Assembly (NCBI GenBank): GCA_051362555.1
Contig: CM120649.1
Span: 4,402,001-4,466,000, forward strand
Origin: Lingula anatina
Taxonomy: Eukaryota > Animalia > Brachiopoda
DNA length: 64,000 bases
Direction: 5' to 3'
Shown here: positions 1-13,142 of the stretch, in pieces
How positions within the stretch are numbered: position 1 is the first letter of the stretch
Layout: the number at the start of each line of letters is the position of its first letter
The notes under the pieces: generated by a model
Database searches by the model: none
The model's input: only the letters and a program-made list of their open reading frames with translations
Told to the model about the DNA's origin: nothing
Position numbers and translations under genes: made by a program

Positions 1-787
1 TAACTTTGTTAATAATACATCAACGTTTTGTTTATAGGAAATAGTCTTAGTTTGGATCTTGTGTCTGCACATTTTGACCTCAAGCAGTTGCCCAAGGTAA
101 GGTGATAACAGATGTCCAGGGTTATAAAATGCCTTAGCTGGTGTGTATCTAGGCACACACATTTATTCTTATGAAATATGTTTTTGGGAATTATTTCTAT
201 CGAGCTGCTTCAGTGAGAAGTCGTTCAGCTTTTTAGCTGCGGAGATATTTACCCGCCGTTTTAGCAGCTACACTGTATTATTACTTATGTTTCTTTATTT
301 TTATTTGTACATGTTCTTCCTGGGATATGGATTTGTAGTTGCTCATAATAATTTTAGTTACACATAGGATTCAGATATCATGTTAGATGTTGTTAATCAT
401 TCCAATATTTTCACAAGCACTCCTCGGTTGGCAGGGATGTGAGCTTCTCTCACATCTTATGGCCTTTTATTTTTATTTGTGTCAACTTTTTGCTCCTATA
501 GCTGTTGTGATTTCTCAAATTTTTCTTGATTAATCTTTGTTATACTCATTAACATATTTCATTACTTTTATATTACGCCACTTAAATAATTTGGGGGATG
601 TTATATTATCTCCCCAGTTTTGTAACTTTGTATCTTATTAGTTTTCGACATTAATAAATGACAATTTTCAGTCATATGGACTTATCTTACTTACTTTGGA
701 GCAAAAACAGAGCTTCGTTGTGCTTGTGAACATTTGGCTACTTAAAGAAGAACTTTCCTATTAATGTTTGACAACAAGCTACAAGAC

Positions 788-1043
788 CAGGGCCGTAGCC
801 TCCGGGGGGGCAGCTGCCCCCCCCCCCCCGGGATTTGAGGTGCAAAAAAAAAATAATAATCGCAAAGGTAAAAATTGCAAAGTTGGTATCATTTTCTGCG
901 AAAATGCACCAGAATGCAGTATTATACATACAGTTTTAAAAAATTTTCCACAACCCCCTCCCACACCCTCCCCCCTCGGGGGCTTAGCCCCCTCGTGTCC
1001 GCTTACTGCCCCCCCCTGGCATTTTGCTCAGGCTACGTCCCTG
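788..1043. mobile_element. MITE, hAT-like, with 5-bp TSD
   Basis: TIRs CAGGGCCGTAGCC / GGCTACGTCCCTG; flanking direct repeat AAGAC (783-787, 1044-1048); internal poly-G/C tracts. Confidence 0.8.
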
Positions 1044-1239
1044 AAGACTGATGCTCATTTACACTTCAGGTACATATTGATGTTAGGGAACTATAAGTAA
1101 TCCGTCTTTGCCCACGCCCCGCTATGCCTTATATTATCTTATCAATTGACCTTGTCATTTGACGTGGGTTTAAGACACGATGACAAACTGATAGCTCTAG
1201 TCCAAATGAAGTTATTTATGGTAGACGTCCTTAGTTCAC

Positions 1240-1315
1240 ATACACTTGTGTCTGGTGCGCAGACATATTAGGGGCAAGTAAAAGGGCGTTTGAAAGTCAT
1301 TGGTTGTACAGAGAG
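1240..1315 (+). other. Putative non-coding first exon of CYP gene 1 (5' boundary unknown)
   Basis: Strong donor GAG|GTAAGT at 1315/1316. The preceding CATTGGTTGTACAG resembles CATTGG(T/A)GCTTGTACAGG|GTAGAC upstream of genes 3, 4 and 5. A splice acceptor (TTCCAAG) lies 1 nt before the ATG at 3371. Confidence 0.5.
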
Positions 1316-2010
1316 GTAAGTTTATTATATATGTGTAGTACATTAAAGGGAAATATAACTGTGGATCCACCGAACTAGACGGTCAACAGTTTACTCAGAT
1401 TTGTATAATACTGGCATTCTTATTTGATCTAAATTAATCATGATAAATGATTTTGACATTCAGGGAGGTTTTTTTTTTCTTTCCTTTTGATAAGTGCTTG
1501 TTTCGATCAATGAAAGACCTTTTTTTGTTTTATTTGAATTAGCGTTAATTCACACAAAGTAATTGTGGCTCAAAAATAATTTATTCACAATATACTTAAC
1601 ATATATCTACACTTACCTATAATATGTTCTGGAATGGAGCCTTAATTTAACGGCGGGTGAGAGGGTGGGAGGAGACTGACCACTCACTGGTCACCTGCGT
1701 CTTGTTAATAGGTCGGTGTTAAGATATATATATATGTAGGTACCATTGTAGTACATGTAGAAAACAAATCAATTCTCATTAACTGCCATTAATATAACAA
1801 TAAAATGATTGCGACTGTTTTGATATGTTGCTTTCATGTATAATTGGAAAACCAACGAAAATACAGTCAATTGTAAAAAGAAAAAAGATGGAAAATAAAT
1901 GTAAGGGATATACATTATGTAATTTTTGTCCTGAATTAATTTCAGAGCTCTATGGTCAGTGTGTCTAAATTTATATATTCTGACCACTGAGAAGCCATAC
2001 ATTTCCACCT

Positions 2011-2870
2011 GGTCCCATGTATTTTTTTAGATCAAGTCAAAGCTTCGTATTGCATTTAATTGTAATTGTTTTTGCTATGTTGCTTTCATACTCAATTAAA
2101 TATATATTTAGCTGTTTAAACGGTGTGTCAATTTTGGAAGAGGAGCGGTATCTATTACCATTTTTCAGATCAAGATTCGAGTACCGTGTATATGACAGTA
2201 TTTTGAAAAGTCTGGTGTTAAAGTTATTAGCATATTTTGTTATTAAAAATATTAACCAATCTCTCCCCAAAAATCTAGATGTAATGTTGTTTTTTACCGT
2301 TAATTACCAGTTTACAACGAAAATCAAAAGGATAAATAGTCTTATCTTCTCAGGACGCCCTATATTTTGACTTACACGGATATGTTTGTTTAAGTCTAAC
2401 AGACGCATTGATCAAACATGGTTTTAACATAACAACTTGATCCAAACGAAATGTTTAAACAAGAGAATCAAGCACGGGGCAGTTTAGGTAAAACATCAGT
2501 TGAGCGTGTTAATTTTTCATAATTGAAGGCGTATGGACTTATGAAAAATTATGCATTTTTCAGAAGCTCAGCTTTATATACCCGCAGTGGTATTGAAACA
2601 TATATATACTATATATACCTTATAGAAAGCCACAGCGCTCAAACCATATTTGATAAGAATTTTAACTGGGTAAATCTGGTTATATCCTTGTTTAAATCCT
2701 TGTTTAACTGGTTAAATCCTTGTTTTTCTTTATATCCGACCGTAGTTTTTTTTGCTCAGGATGTACATGGGGTAATGCACTGGCCCAGTGCCGGGGACTT
2801 GAATAAGGCTTCTCTCGGATACAATATGTAAACCAATAAAAACCATATACAAATGAATTTCATCCATGTG
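2011..2870. mobile_element. Probable non-autonomous insertion interrupting an L2 LINE fragment
   Basis: Short imperfect inverted ends (GGTCCCATG / CATGTGACC). The left flank (TEK..HTF-like) and right flank (TSRLDYCNSLL) appear to join into one L2 ORF2 segment. Confidence 0.35.
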
Positions 2871-3170
2871 ACCTCTAGACTAGATTATTGCAACAGCCTC
2901 TTGTTCGGAATACCTAATAATCAAATAGAAAAACATTAGTCTATTCATAAATTATAAGCAGCCTGTCTCCTCCGTAAAACTCGGAAGTTTTCCGCGATCT
3001 TTATTGGGTACCCGTGGTTAACTTTATTATATTTAAGTTATTATTACTTTTATAGTAGTCTTTAATTTATCTGTGTAGTTTTAATTTTATATACATAAAT
3101 AACAGCACTGAGACGCATGTGTATAGTGCGGTTTTAAGAAATGGATGGTAGTAATCATTACTATTATTTT
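2871..3170 (+). mobile_element. L2-clade LINE 3' fragment (decayed)
   Basis: Translates TSRLDYCNSLLFGIPNNQIEK, a typical L2 ORF2 C-terminal motif. The 3' end AACAGCACTGAG...TAGTGCGGTTTTAAGAAAT matches the tail of the L2 copy at 49152-50480. Confidence 0.75.
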
Positions 3171-3272
3171 TGAGTTAGACTGAATTTAGATCTAAATGTA
3201 TAGAAAATATTTTAGTATGAATTGATTTGTGAAGCAGACCCCTTAAATTAAAAAAGGAAAAGATAAAAAAAG

Positions 3273-3275
<3 letters not shown>

Positions 3276-3344
<69 letters not shown>
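3276..3344. repeat. (AT)n microsatellite
   Basis: About 34 perfect AT units ending about 25 nt upstream of the gene 1 start-exon acceptor. Confidence 0.97.
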
Positions 3345-3347
<3 letters not shown>

Positions 3348-3370
3348 ATCAATTTTCATGCATTCCAAGG

Positions 3371-6300
3371 ATGATGGACGTTACTGCTGTGCTAAGTTGG
3401 CTTACTTTGAAGACTTTCTTGGTTGGCGTTATGGTGTTCCTGTTGGTGATGTCATATCTACAGAGGAGGAAGTACAAACTGCCGCCAGGACCCCCACAGC
3501 TGCCGATACTGGGGAACTACTTAGGTCAGTACAAAAGCGAATGTCATATCTGCATTTATATAGATTTATACAACTGACTTCGTTTATCCAAATAACAATT
3601 GTTATTGTTTTACACAATGTTCTTAACGGGTGTTTTTAATTTATTTCTAGCATTTAGGAAAGACAAACGGATGTTCACAGTATTCACGAAGATGGCAAAG
3701 ACACACGGCGATATATTTACAGTGAACTTAGGTCGGTTCCATTCTGTGTTAACATGAATTACTTTCGTACAAGTCAGATGGTTCATACAATAAATAATTA
3801 ATATTATTATGTCAAGTATGATGTACATTGTACCTTCATCAGGATAAGTACAGACTTACTGGGTAAGGAAATTTTGAATTAGAACTGGCAACACCGCGTG
3901 AAATATAAGTGAGGTAAATGAAGTCTACATGTAAACGAGGAAGTTAAATTTAGATATAGTTTGATATTATTAAGACGCCTTTGATGCTCTTGTTTCGAAC
4001 GTATATTCGTATAATCAGCAGCTTTTCTGTATTCTACTCAACGCCAGGGGGAAGCATGTTAGTCTTTTGATCTGATTACATTCAGCGAAAGTCACCGCAG
4101 AGAAAATCCAAAATACCAAATACGAAATACCTACCTGTAGTAGTTTCAGTGTAAACGCACCATAAAATGAAATACATGTATGTACATTCTTTATGCATTT
4201 AAGCCAATTTGACTAAATTTTAGACATTCCTTTAAATTCTTCCATTCATTTCAGGTTTTGGTCAAACTGTTATCGTCCTCCATTCAGCCGATGTTGTGCA
4301 CGAGGCCCTGGTTGAGAAAAAAGAGGTGTTTGCAGGAAGGGATAATTTATTTTGGTCGTGTAAGTATGATTCGATAAAAAGATGCAGATGCAAAACTGTT
4401 TATATCAAAACGCATGCAGTTATAATGTTTTGTCTGAAAAGCCCAGCTAATCTATCGGACTGTCAATAAGTAAATAAAATGATTTGCAATACCGCAGTTT
4501 CATTCGAAATAATTTTTGTGTAGTTAAGTTTTTAATGGAATTGAGATTTTCGAAGATATTGTTTTGAATGTTTTTTAATTAAATACCAATCTGTTATAGC
4601 TAAGATTTTTGTTTAGTTACCCACATCATACATAAGATTTATATGTATGTGATATCATAAGGATAGATTATTCCTTTTCTACAGTTGAACTGCTGTCAGG
4701 CGGATATAAAGATATCGTATTCGCTAATTATGGGCCCCTATGGACCATGCAAAGGAGGATGGCTATGAAAGCATTCAGGTAAATTAATCAGTCTTTTCAA
4801 ACTGTACATCAAGGAGACCCTTTTGGATATGGAAAATATAAAGTTATGGTGATTCGAAAGACGTGTTTTTATACTGTATGGTTGTAGCAGAAGAAAATAT
4901 GGACCCAGTGTGACGTGGCAGAGCCCCCCCCCCCCCACCCACCCATGAGAGAGAGTTCGATTTTCATTAATTTCCACAAGTAAGCATCGCCACAGATTTT
5001 GACTCACTAACATCAGGCTAATCCTTACCTGTATAATTTAATGGATGGTGGTCTCTCTGTTACACGGACTCCGGCACTGGTCCTTCAGAGAAAATGTCGA
5101 AACTAAATTGCTTCTGATTAAATACCACTACTAAATGACGAATTTATGTATTTTTATCTTTAACTCTTAAACGCACTGTATATAGTGCTTAGATGGTAGT
5201 CTACTTTTCAGGACTTACATAGCTAGTGACAAGCTAGAGCAACTTGCAAAGTCTTCTTTTGGGGAGGTTGCCAAGATGCTGGAAAAACAAACGGAACCTG
5301 TGGATTTGTCCGAATATATTCGCCTGACGGTTTATAATGTCATTTGCAGGATGACCTTTGGGAAAAGGTGACTTCATTTAATCTTTTATTTGAAAGTCGT
5401 GACGTCTTTTCACATTTTAAAGACAATTTACATCTTTAGGGTAAAACAAGTAGCCTGAAAATTCAATCTTTATTAATGAAAAAAAAAAAAAAAATGATCA
5501 GACGGTATCAGCTATGTTAGGAACTGATAGAAAAAAGGATGTGAAAAAAGGATGTGAAAAAATGAAAGCGCATTTCTATTTTTGTCAATGAAAACAGGTT
5601 TTTGAAAATACTTTCAGCTACAAAGTCAATGACCCAGAGTTTGTTTGGCTAAAAAACAAAATGGACGAAATGATGGGATTATTCACAGACTTCATACCAG
5701 CCGATCTTCTTCCATTTTTGAAACATGTGCCTATCAAGTCAACACAGGTTGCAAAAAGAACAATGCAAGATCTGATCGATTTCCAAACAGTTCAGGTCAA
5801 TGAGCACAAGGCAACCTTGACACCAGGTATTAACCTATTATATGACCTTCATAACAACACGAATGTACATCCCTTTACCACAGTATAAAAACCATATAAC
5901 CTTAGGTGGTGGATATTTTCCTGGCAACTTCTTTGCTGACCTTAGTTTATGACAGTGATTTTCCAGCCCGCCTGAAAGATGTAGGGCGACGATACACGTG
6001 TTTCATCCATCCTATTATAACACAAATGGATTATACAACTCAAAAATATAAAAAAGACATATGACACGCTACAGTCCTTTTAATTGTCTTTGTTGAAACT
6101 TTAGATAGGCCTTTTTGTGTTCGACTTTGTATATCGTCAATTTACCTACCTTATTACTTGTTGTACAAACACAATATTTTCAGGTATGTGTTCAGCATAG
6201 CATCACATTTCCATGCATCAGATATTATCCAGAAAAGAAATTTAGATTCTTAATGATATGCATCCATAAAGCGAAAAAAATATTTTCCAATTCTCCTTTA

Positions 6301-7282
6301 ATCGATAATCCTGAGCATTTTATCAAAAATTCTTACATAACTTCTCGAGTTTTGCTATTCACTGACAAACAAATAAACTTCGGTAAAATCATAACCCCCT
6401 TGGAGAAGGTAACACAATAATATTTACAGTATCTGATTAAAATATAACATTTTATTGCCATGACTTCTTTAAATTTGGAACCTAATTTGAACTACAAGTC
6501 GTATGACTAAAAAAGCTATTGCTAACTGTTAGTAATGTTACGGTGATATGAGCTTACCTATTTCGACATTTTTCAGGAAAGGCAAGAGACATTACCGACC
6601 AACTGCTGTTGGTACGCCAAGAGCTGGACGCAGGGAGCGACGGGTCCCTGATGGAGACATTAACAGACAAGCATATCATTCAGACCATAATGGACGTGTT
6701 TTTTGGTACGTTTTAATCCCCTAATCCCATATGTCTTAACACATATACAAGTATACAGAAATCTTCATTCCTACATAATTTTATTGCATTTTTCTATTTT
6801 TTGGAACAACTTATGTAACAGTCGCACTGCGCCACGGGTCACTCATTGCAGTGAAAAGCCTATGAAAGAGTCACTAAAGGAATACATGGTACATTTGAAA
6901 AACTCATGGAAACAGATTATTGGGAAGGTCTCTTAGGGATCCTATAGCATGGGTGGTATTATTTTCTTTGTTTTTGTAGCTGGTGTCTTGACGTCAACAG
7001 AAACACTGAAGTGGACCATGTTGTATATTGCGGACAACCCGGAGATACAGGAGAAGATGCACCAGGAAATTAGTGGAGTTTTGGGTGAGGTCTCTCCCTC
7101 TCTCTCTCTCTCTCTCTCAAATGCGGTTGTCTCAGTGTGTGCATGTATCACTGTAAAAACGTCTCATACATTAGGGAACGCTCACTTTTTTAAAATAAAA
7201 TGCACTCCATTTACCAACATATATAATCTGTATGCCCTGTTCAACCTTTGTATTTGAGCCAAAACGCAAGTGCCAGTTACAA

Positions 7283-7321
<39 letters not shown>

Positions 7322-8921
7322 TTATTATTTTAAGTGAAACATTGGGTACTAGAACATCGTTCTCACTTGTTGATGAGCTTGACATGTCTGTGACTTTATG
7401 TAGGGATGGTGATTTGTTCTCTTTTTCGAATACTACAAACCTATGGAAAAAACATAAATGTTATTAACTATGCGTACAAGATTAAAAATGAAAAGTAATG
7501 TTTTTTCTCAGACATAAAGGGATAAAAATCGGCCCGAAACACATCTTAGGCAAGTTTTTCGTTTTTCTAAAACATCGACATCAACCGAACTCTACTTTCT
7601 CTTAAATTTGTATCTGCTTTATTTATTTACCCAGCGGACGATCTAGACGACCTGCGTCACAGTAAATCCAAGCTGCCATATTGCGAGGCGGTTCTCCGCG
7701 AAGTTATGCGCATGCGTCCGGCTGCCCCGGTGGCTCTCGGGCACCAGGCGATTCGAGATACAAAAATTGGTAAGCCGATTGTGCACGCACTTGTTTAAGT
7801 ATAAACTTGTGTGTGTTTGTTTGAGTTCTCCTCTTTTTTATTTGTGCATTTGCCCTTGCCTGAGAAACTCTCTCTGTGGATCTTTACGTGCGTGTATACT
7901 CTCATCTGTCGTTTTACACATGCATTTGTCCATGACTCCATGGTTACCTACTGTTTAAAACTTTCCTTTTGAAACTGTAAATGTTTCAATTAGCCCATTA
8001 GTGCACGACACCTCTAAGAGCATGAGGTTGTATCGAGAAGCAATATTGTAAAAATATCCACACAATAGATGTTTTCCCGGTTAAATACATATATACTTAT
8101 CCCTTCAGTTTTGCCCGAAATATATCTATCATTCTTCCAAACTAGGCGATTATGACCTGCCAAAGGGGACTGTGGTATTTCCAAATTTATGGGGGATACA
8201 CCATGATTCCAGAAATTGGGAGTCACCAGAAGTTTTCAAACCAGAGCGATTTCTGGACAAAGATGGCAATTTGAAACCGATTGATACCAAGATATGGGTG
8301 CCGTTCTCCTCTGGGAAGAGGAAATGTGCCGGCGAAGGTCTGGCCAAAGCTGACATTATGATGATTATGGTACGTAACCCTATATCAGCAGCAAATGTTT
8401 TTTTATAATAATTAGATGAATATATAGAAAGAAGAAGGAAAAACAAGCTGTTTCGGTACGTGCAAATTGCCCTTTTAAATGGAAAGCATTTGATTGGCAA
8501 AAATGGTAAGAATGGAAATATAACCTTGGTTTTAAATTGTTGAAAGGACAGATGGTTATTTTATTCAAAGTAATAGTGGAAAGAAAGAGCTAATAAATTT
8601 TATCAACCATCATCTAATCACACATTTTAACAAAGTGAAACACATCACGGTATTATGTGAAATGCTACTAAAAGCATTATTTTGATATATTATCGCTGTA
8701 AAAGAACGCCAGAACCAATAAAGATTACTGTATTAATATCGATCACCTAGCTTTTGAATATACACTATTTCACCGTATTTTTTCAGGCCATGTTTTTCCA
8801 GCGGTTCAAAGTGAGTTTTCCTCCAGGACAGAAACCGGATTTCGAACCTGCCATGTATCCATTTGACTGCATCCCAAAACCGCAGAAGTTGATCATAGAA
8901 AAAAGGGAAACAGTTTGTTAG
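3371..8921 (+). CDS. Cytochrome P450, clan 2 (CYP17/steroid 17-alpha-hydroxylase-like), gene 1; 11 coding exons, 508 aa
   Basis: Exons 3371-3524, 3651-3731, 4255-4359, 4685-4778, 5212-5367, 5618-5826, 6577-6705, 6980-7084, 7635-7769, 8146-8369, 8787-8921 (1527 nt, GT-AG, in frame). N-terminal TM anchor, PPGPPQLPILG hinge, FAGR, WTMQR, I-helix DVFFAGVLTSTETLKW, EVMR, PERF, heme motif FSSGKRKCAG, stop TAG 8919-8921. Subfamily assignment is by motif resemblance only. Confidence 0.96.
4909..5076. mobile_element. Short Ginger-like (TGT...ACA) non-autonomous element, decayed, in gene 1 intron 4
   Basis: Internal TAAGCATCGCC-AGATTTTGAC-CACT...CAGGCTAA is shared with the element at 61341-61490; it begins CCAG|TGT. 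Confidence 0.55.
7283..7321. repeat. (AAT)n microsatellite
   Basis: 13 perfect units in gene 1 intron 8. Confidence 0.95.
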
Positions 8922-10321
8922 CATGCCAACGAAATAGAACCAGGATGTAACGTCCATATTTTGACCTGCTTTGGTGATAGCTTTATTATTCCAAACCAAA
9001 GCTTTGACGACAAACAATGATATGAATATAAAATAAGAGTATAAGCACGTGTTAATGTTGTATATACATATGATTAAACGAGGAAAGCTGATTCATTCTA
9101 TTATGATGCAAATATATATTTTGCCAATTTCTTATTTTGTAGGTTGATTAATTTGTCAAACATATAAATGCATGTATATACAGGTATACAATAGGATAAG
9201 TAGTACCGTCTCTTGGTGTTAAAGAATTCCTATGGTTAACAATTATTCCATCTTGGTGTTCAAACAAATCACAAAAGTCACCTCCCATTAAAAAGATGGC
9301 ATATTCTTTCATCCGAGGTATATTATGCCATCCGCCCTTTTCAGTTGGTAAATTAGCATTACAAGTTCTTAAAGGGATAATAAATCTCCGTATTAGATGT
9401 ATATTTCACAATAAAACATTGTAAACAGCTCATAGAAATAGAATATATTCTGTTTTACCTGTTTTACTTCTCATCGGACCACATGACCTTCATAGATGGC
9501 TATACTATGTAATAATCTCTTGAGAGATTATTAGAAAAAAAAAAACTTTTTTGAAAAAAAATTATAAACAGGGACTAGCTTCGAATGTAGAAATAGGTTC
9601 ATTAACCATTGGTAAGCATTGAGAAATTGTTGTTTACTCTAAAAAATTAATTTTTTGGCCAAAATGAACAGTTATTCAAGTTTAATATTTATATTGCTTT
9701 TGTCAGAGGCAATTTCAGTAAATACATGTACTGCTCCAAACTCAATTGAATGCATCACCTTTCCATCTTTTAAAAATCGCTCTTTAAGTAAGGTCCCTTA
9801 AAAATAATGATTTTCAGTTATATACTTATAATGGTTTCTTTTGATATTCTAAATAAAATTTTAAAAGCAATGATTTTCCACGCTTACGCTCAAACAAGAA
9901 GGTGACAAACACTTAGAGTCGTACGGTATCTATCGGTCCATATTTTTTTAATATTCCCCTTACACAAATGAAACGTTTTGTTACTTGGCCACTTTGTCGT
10001 GGTGGAGTCCCTCCCATGGGTTCCGACTTAATCTAAGCTCATCCGTTGGTCTTCTCATTTGCCCATAAGGATGGAAAAGAACACGTATTTTATAGATATA
10101 TTACATTACTTTGAGTTATCTTAGTGAATGATATTTGTTACATTGAGATAATATTTTTGTTTCGTGTCTATTAAGATTATTTTGTTTTTTTCTCTGTCAT
10201 TTTACCCTTCTTTATTATATTCTATGTTTCCTCCTCTTTGACTTAAATGTTTGAAAAGTGACAAAATAAACAAATGAATTGATGCTAAGTGACCTGTTTT
10301 CCAGCTCTTTATTTCAATTAA

Positions 10322-10870
10322 AAATGGCAATATGAAAATTGAAGTAAACATATTATATAATAACTATCACCCTATATTCGGCTAAACTAGAGCGACAGGA
10401 TACCATGCCACCATGTCAATTTTGCACCTTATATAAAAGGCTGAATATAGCAGAGGGTATAGCTTTAAATAATCCACCGTTATATGCATAATTTTGGAAA
10501 CATTTTTCGCACCTCTGCACAATGTCAAGTCCTATCATCACCAAAGCAGTACAAATGTTTGAAAGCGCCTTCTCCTTACGTCTTGCTCCCACATACCAGT
10601 GTGGCAGGAACGGTAGTTCTTTTCATGGAAGTCCGGGGTCCCATATGGTTAGTACAGGTTAGGTTTAAGTGGGGTATTGGGGTCAGTATACAGGACGAAT
10701 GTCACCGGTAAGGAGAAATGGAAAACGGACTACGGTTCCTAGCGGAGCTCCATTCCTGTCACACCGGTTTTAAATATACGTATGGCGCAATATGACCTAA
10801 ATTGCACAGGTGTAATATATAAACGTCTTGGAATTTAATTGTCACACTGGTTTCAAATTTGAAAATAAGA
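10322..10870. repeat. Cluster-shared non-coding block B, copy 1
   Basis: Homologous to 19690-19915, 27950-28490, 52570-52975 and 62880-63355, all in the same orientation; contains ATGACCTAAATTGCACA at 10792-10808. Confidence 0.85.
10600..10763. mobile_element. Ginger-like MITE (TGT...ACA, 4-bp TSD)
   Basis: TIR TGTGGCAGGAA / TTCCTGTCACA; flanks CCAG and CCGG. Other block B copies (e.g. 19723, 28303, 52910) show the empty site GCCAGTCTTAA. Confidence 0.75.
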
Positions 10871-11410
10871 CTGGCCTAGTAATTATATTTAAAAATAACA
10901 TTTTGTGTTGGTGATAACTATCAGAGGTTTGTCAGGATAAGTAGGTATCCCGAGATGGAATGTCCCCGCCCACTGTGAATAAATTTTGAAACTTGCTCAA
11001 TGTTAATTATTTTTACGTATGCCCCAATGGGGTTACTGAAAACATTTCCACATCGTCTTAATTCCAAATCGGAATAATTTTAAGACAATACATTGTTAAC
11101 GAATTAGATGATCGGAAATATCGCTTATGCTCAACGACGTCCCCCCATTTATGGATGGTAGCCTATACTAGGGAAGAGCACGATGCGCAAATGAGAAATT
11201 AACTCGCTACCAAGGTGAAACGATGCTTTTCTCAAGCCAGCATGTAGCGCGTGCCTTGCCAAAATAAGCTCTTGTTGCCACGGTGAGACGTAAACATCGC
11301 TTTATCCTTGGCTGTTACGTAACCAGTTAAAAACCTTAATCAGTAGAAAAATGCTTCCAAATTACAATGAATAGCTCCAAATATATTCACTTTGTGCACT
11401 GGCTCAAATA

Positions 11411-13102
11411 CTATTGTCTTTTCTTCACGACTATCTTCTGAGGTTTAGGCATGCATGCCAGTTCTAACATTGCAGGCTCGAAGTCGGGTTTTTGTCCCGG
11501 CGGAAAGCTCACTTCAAACTGACGAAAGAACAATATCTGTAAAATAAATAAATAAACGTTAATACTAAAGAACCGAAAAATAATACAATTAAGCATACAG
11601 ATACAAGTCAATGTTTTGAAGGACTTTAGAATGCGGTCACTGTCTGTAAACAATACTAGTATATATTCATACTTATGTTTACAAATCGCCTGTTAAATTC
11701 ATGTGCAAATGGTCACCTTTGAAATTAGAATGAAATGTTCACTAATGGTGGCTTAAATACAAATAATGATGGTAATATTGGTTACGGAACTACTAGCATT
11801 ACCTAGTACCCACGTCAGTAATATATATCAACAACATGAAGCATCATTCGAAAGGGTCCTATTTATTATGAAAGTAACAGTATGAATTGCCAATTAATTC
11901 AGAATACAAAGAAATTCATGTTTGATTTTTTAGATTCTCTTTCCTAAATTTACACGAAATGTGCCAGATTGTACCTGATATAAAGATATAATACAATTGT
12001 GTTGGCTTCTACCCACCAAAATTGTCATAATATTTGTCCTGGCAATTGCTTCTCCCACACATTTCCTCTTGCCACTGCTAAACGGCAGCCATGTCTTTTT
12101 GTCCAACTCTTTCAAGCTGCCATCTTTGTCTAAAAACCTTTCTGGCATGAAAATCTCCGGCGATTCCCAGTTTTTCGGGTCATGGTGGATTTCCCATATG
12201 TTTGCAAAGATAAGAGTATTTTTCGGGATATCGTAGCCACCTAGGAAGAAAGTTAGATATGTTACTCAGTGGTAAGCAAGACGTACTTCACGCATGCGTG
12301 AATTTTTTTCACCGTCATCTTCTGAACCACCTCGGTCGGAGGCAACTATTACCTGCTCCAATGGAAATGGCGCTAGGGCAGACCTGCCCATATTTTGGGC
12401 TGTCATTCTCAATTTGAAATTATTGAAATGATTGAAACAACATATGTTATATTCTCAAAGAATATTCGATCATTTGTAGCAAAAGTATACATTCAAGCAA
12501 ATAGGTTGATGTCTGACCTAGTTTCGTGTCACTAAGTGCTCTATGAGGTATAGCTACTGGACCAGCAGGACGCATGCGCAAAACCTCTCTCTGAACTGCC
12601 TCGCAGTAAGGCAACTTTGTTTTGCATTGCCTAAGATCGCAGAAATCGTCCCCTTTGAGGTGAAAATAATAAATATTGAAATAATTTCTTTCAAGATGCA
12701 AAAATCACATTAAGACATTCAAGCATTATAAAAAAAGCATTTTAAAAATGAAACAGTGTTTTCTACATTTTTGAAACAAGCTGTCATTGAGATATACTTC
12801 AATATGGAAAAGAGAAAGTAGAGAAACATTTACCTAAGCTGTCTAATTCTTTGTGTATCTTTGCCTGAACCTTTGGGTTATCTGCTACATACAAAACCAT
12901 CCATATCAACGTGTCGGATGTAGTCTGGGTTCCAGCTACAAGATATCATTATTTTCTGATAAAACAATCAACTAGCTATTGCATATTGCTATTGCTTTGG
13001 AATGGTTATTAATTTCATATTGGTCGCAGTATTATTTGTACATAAATAATCATAAAATTTGAGTCGACAAGCTCGAGAAAACATTGACTGGTACTTTCTT
13101 TT

Positions 13103-13142
<40 letters not shown>

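Noticed and set aside
1-730. Possible LINE 3' tail (KSFSFLAA-like peptide, AATAAA-rich end); a similar impression at 9990-10285
   Set aside because: Too degenerate to assign without a repeat-library search.
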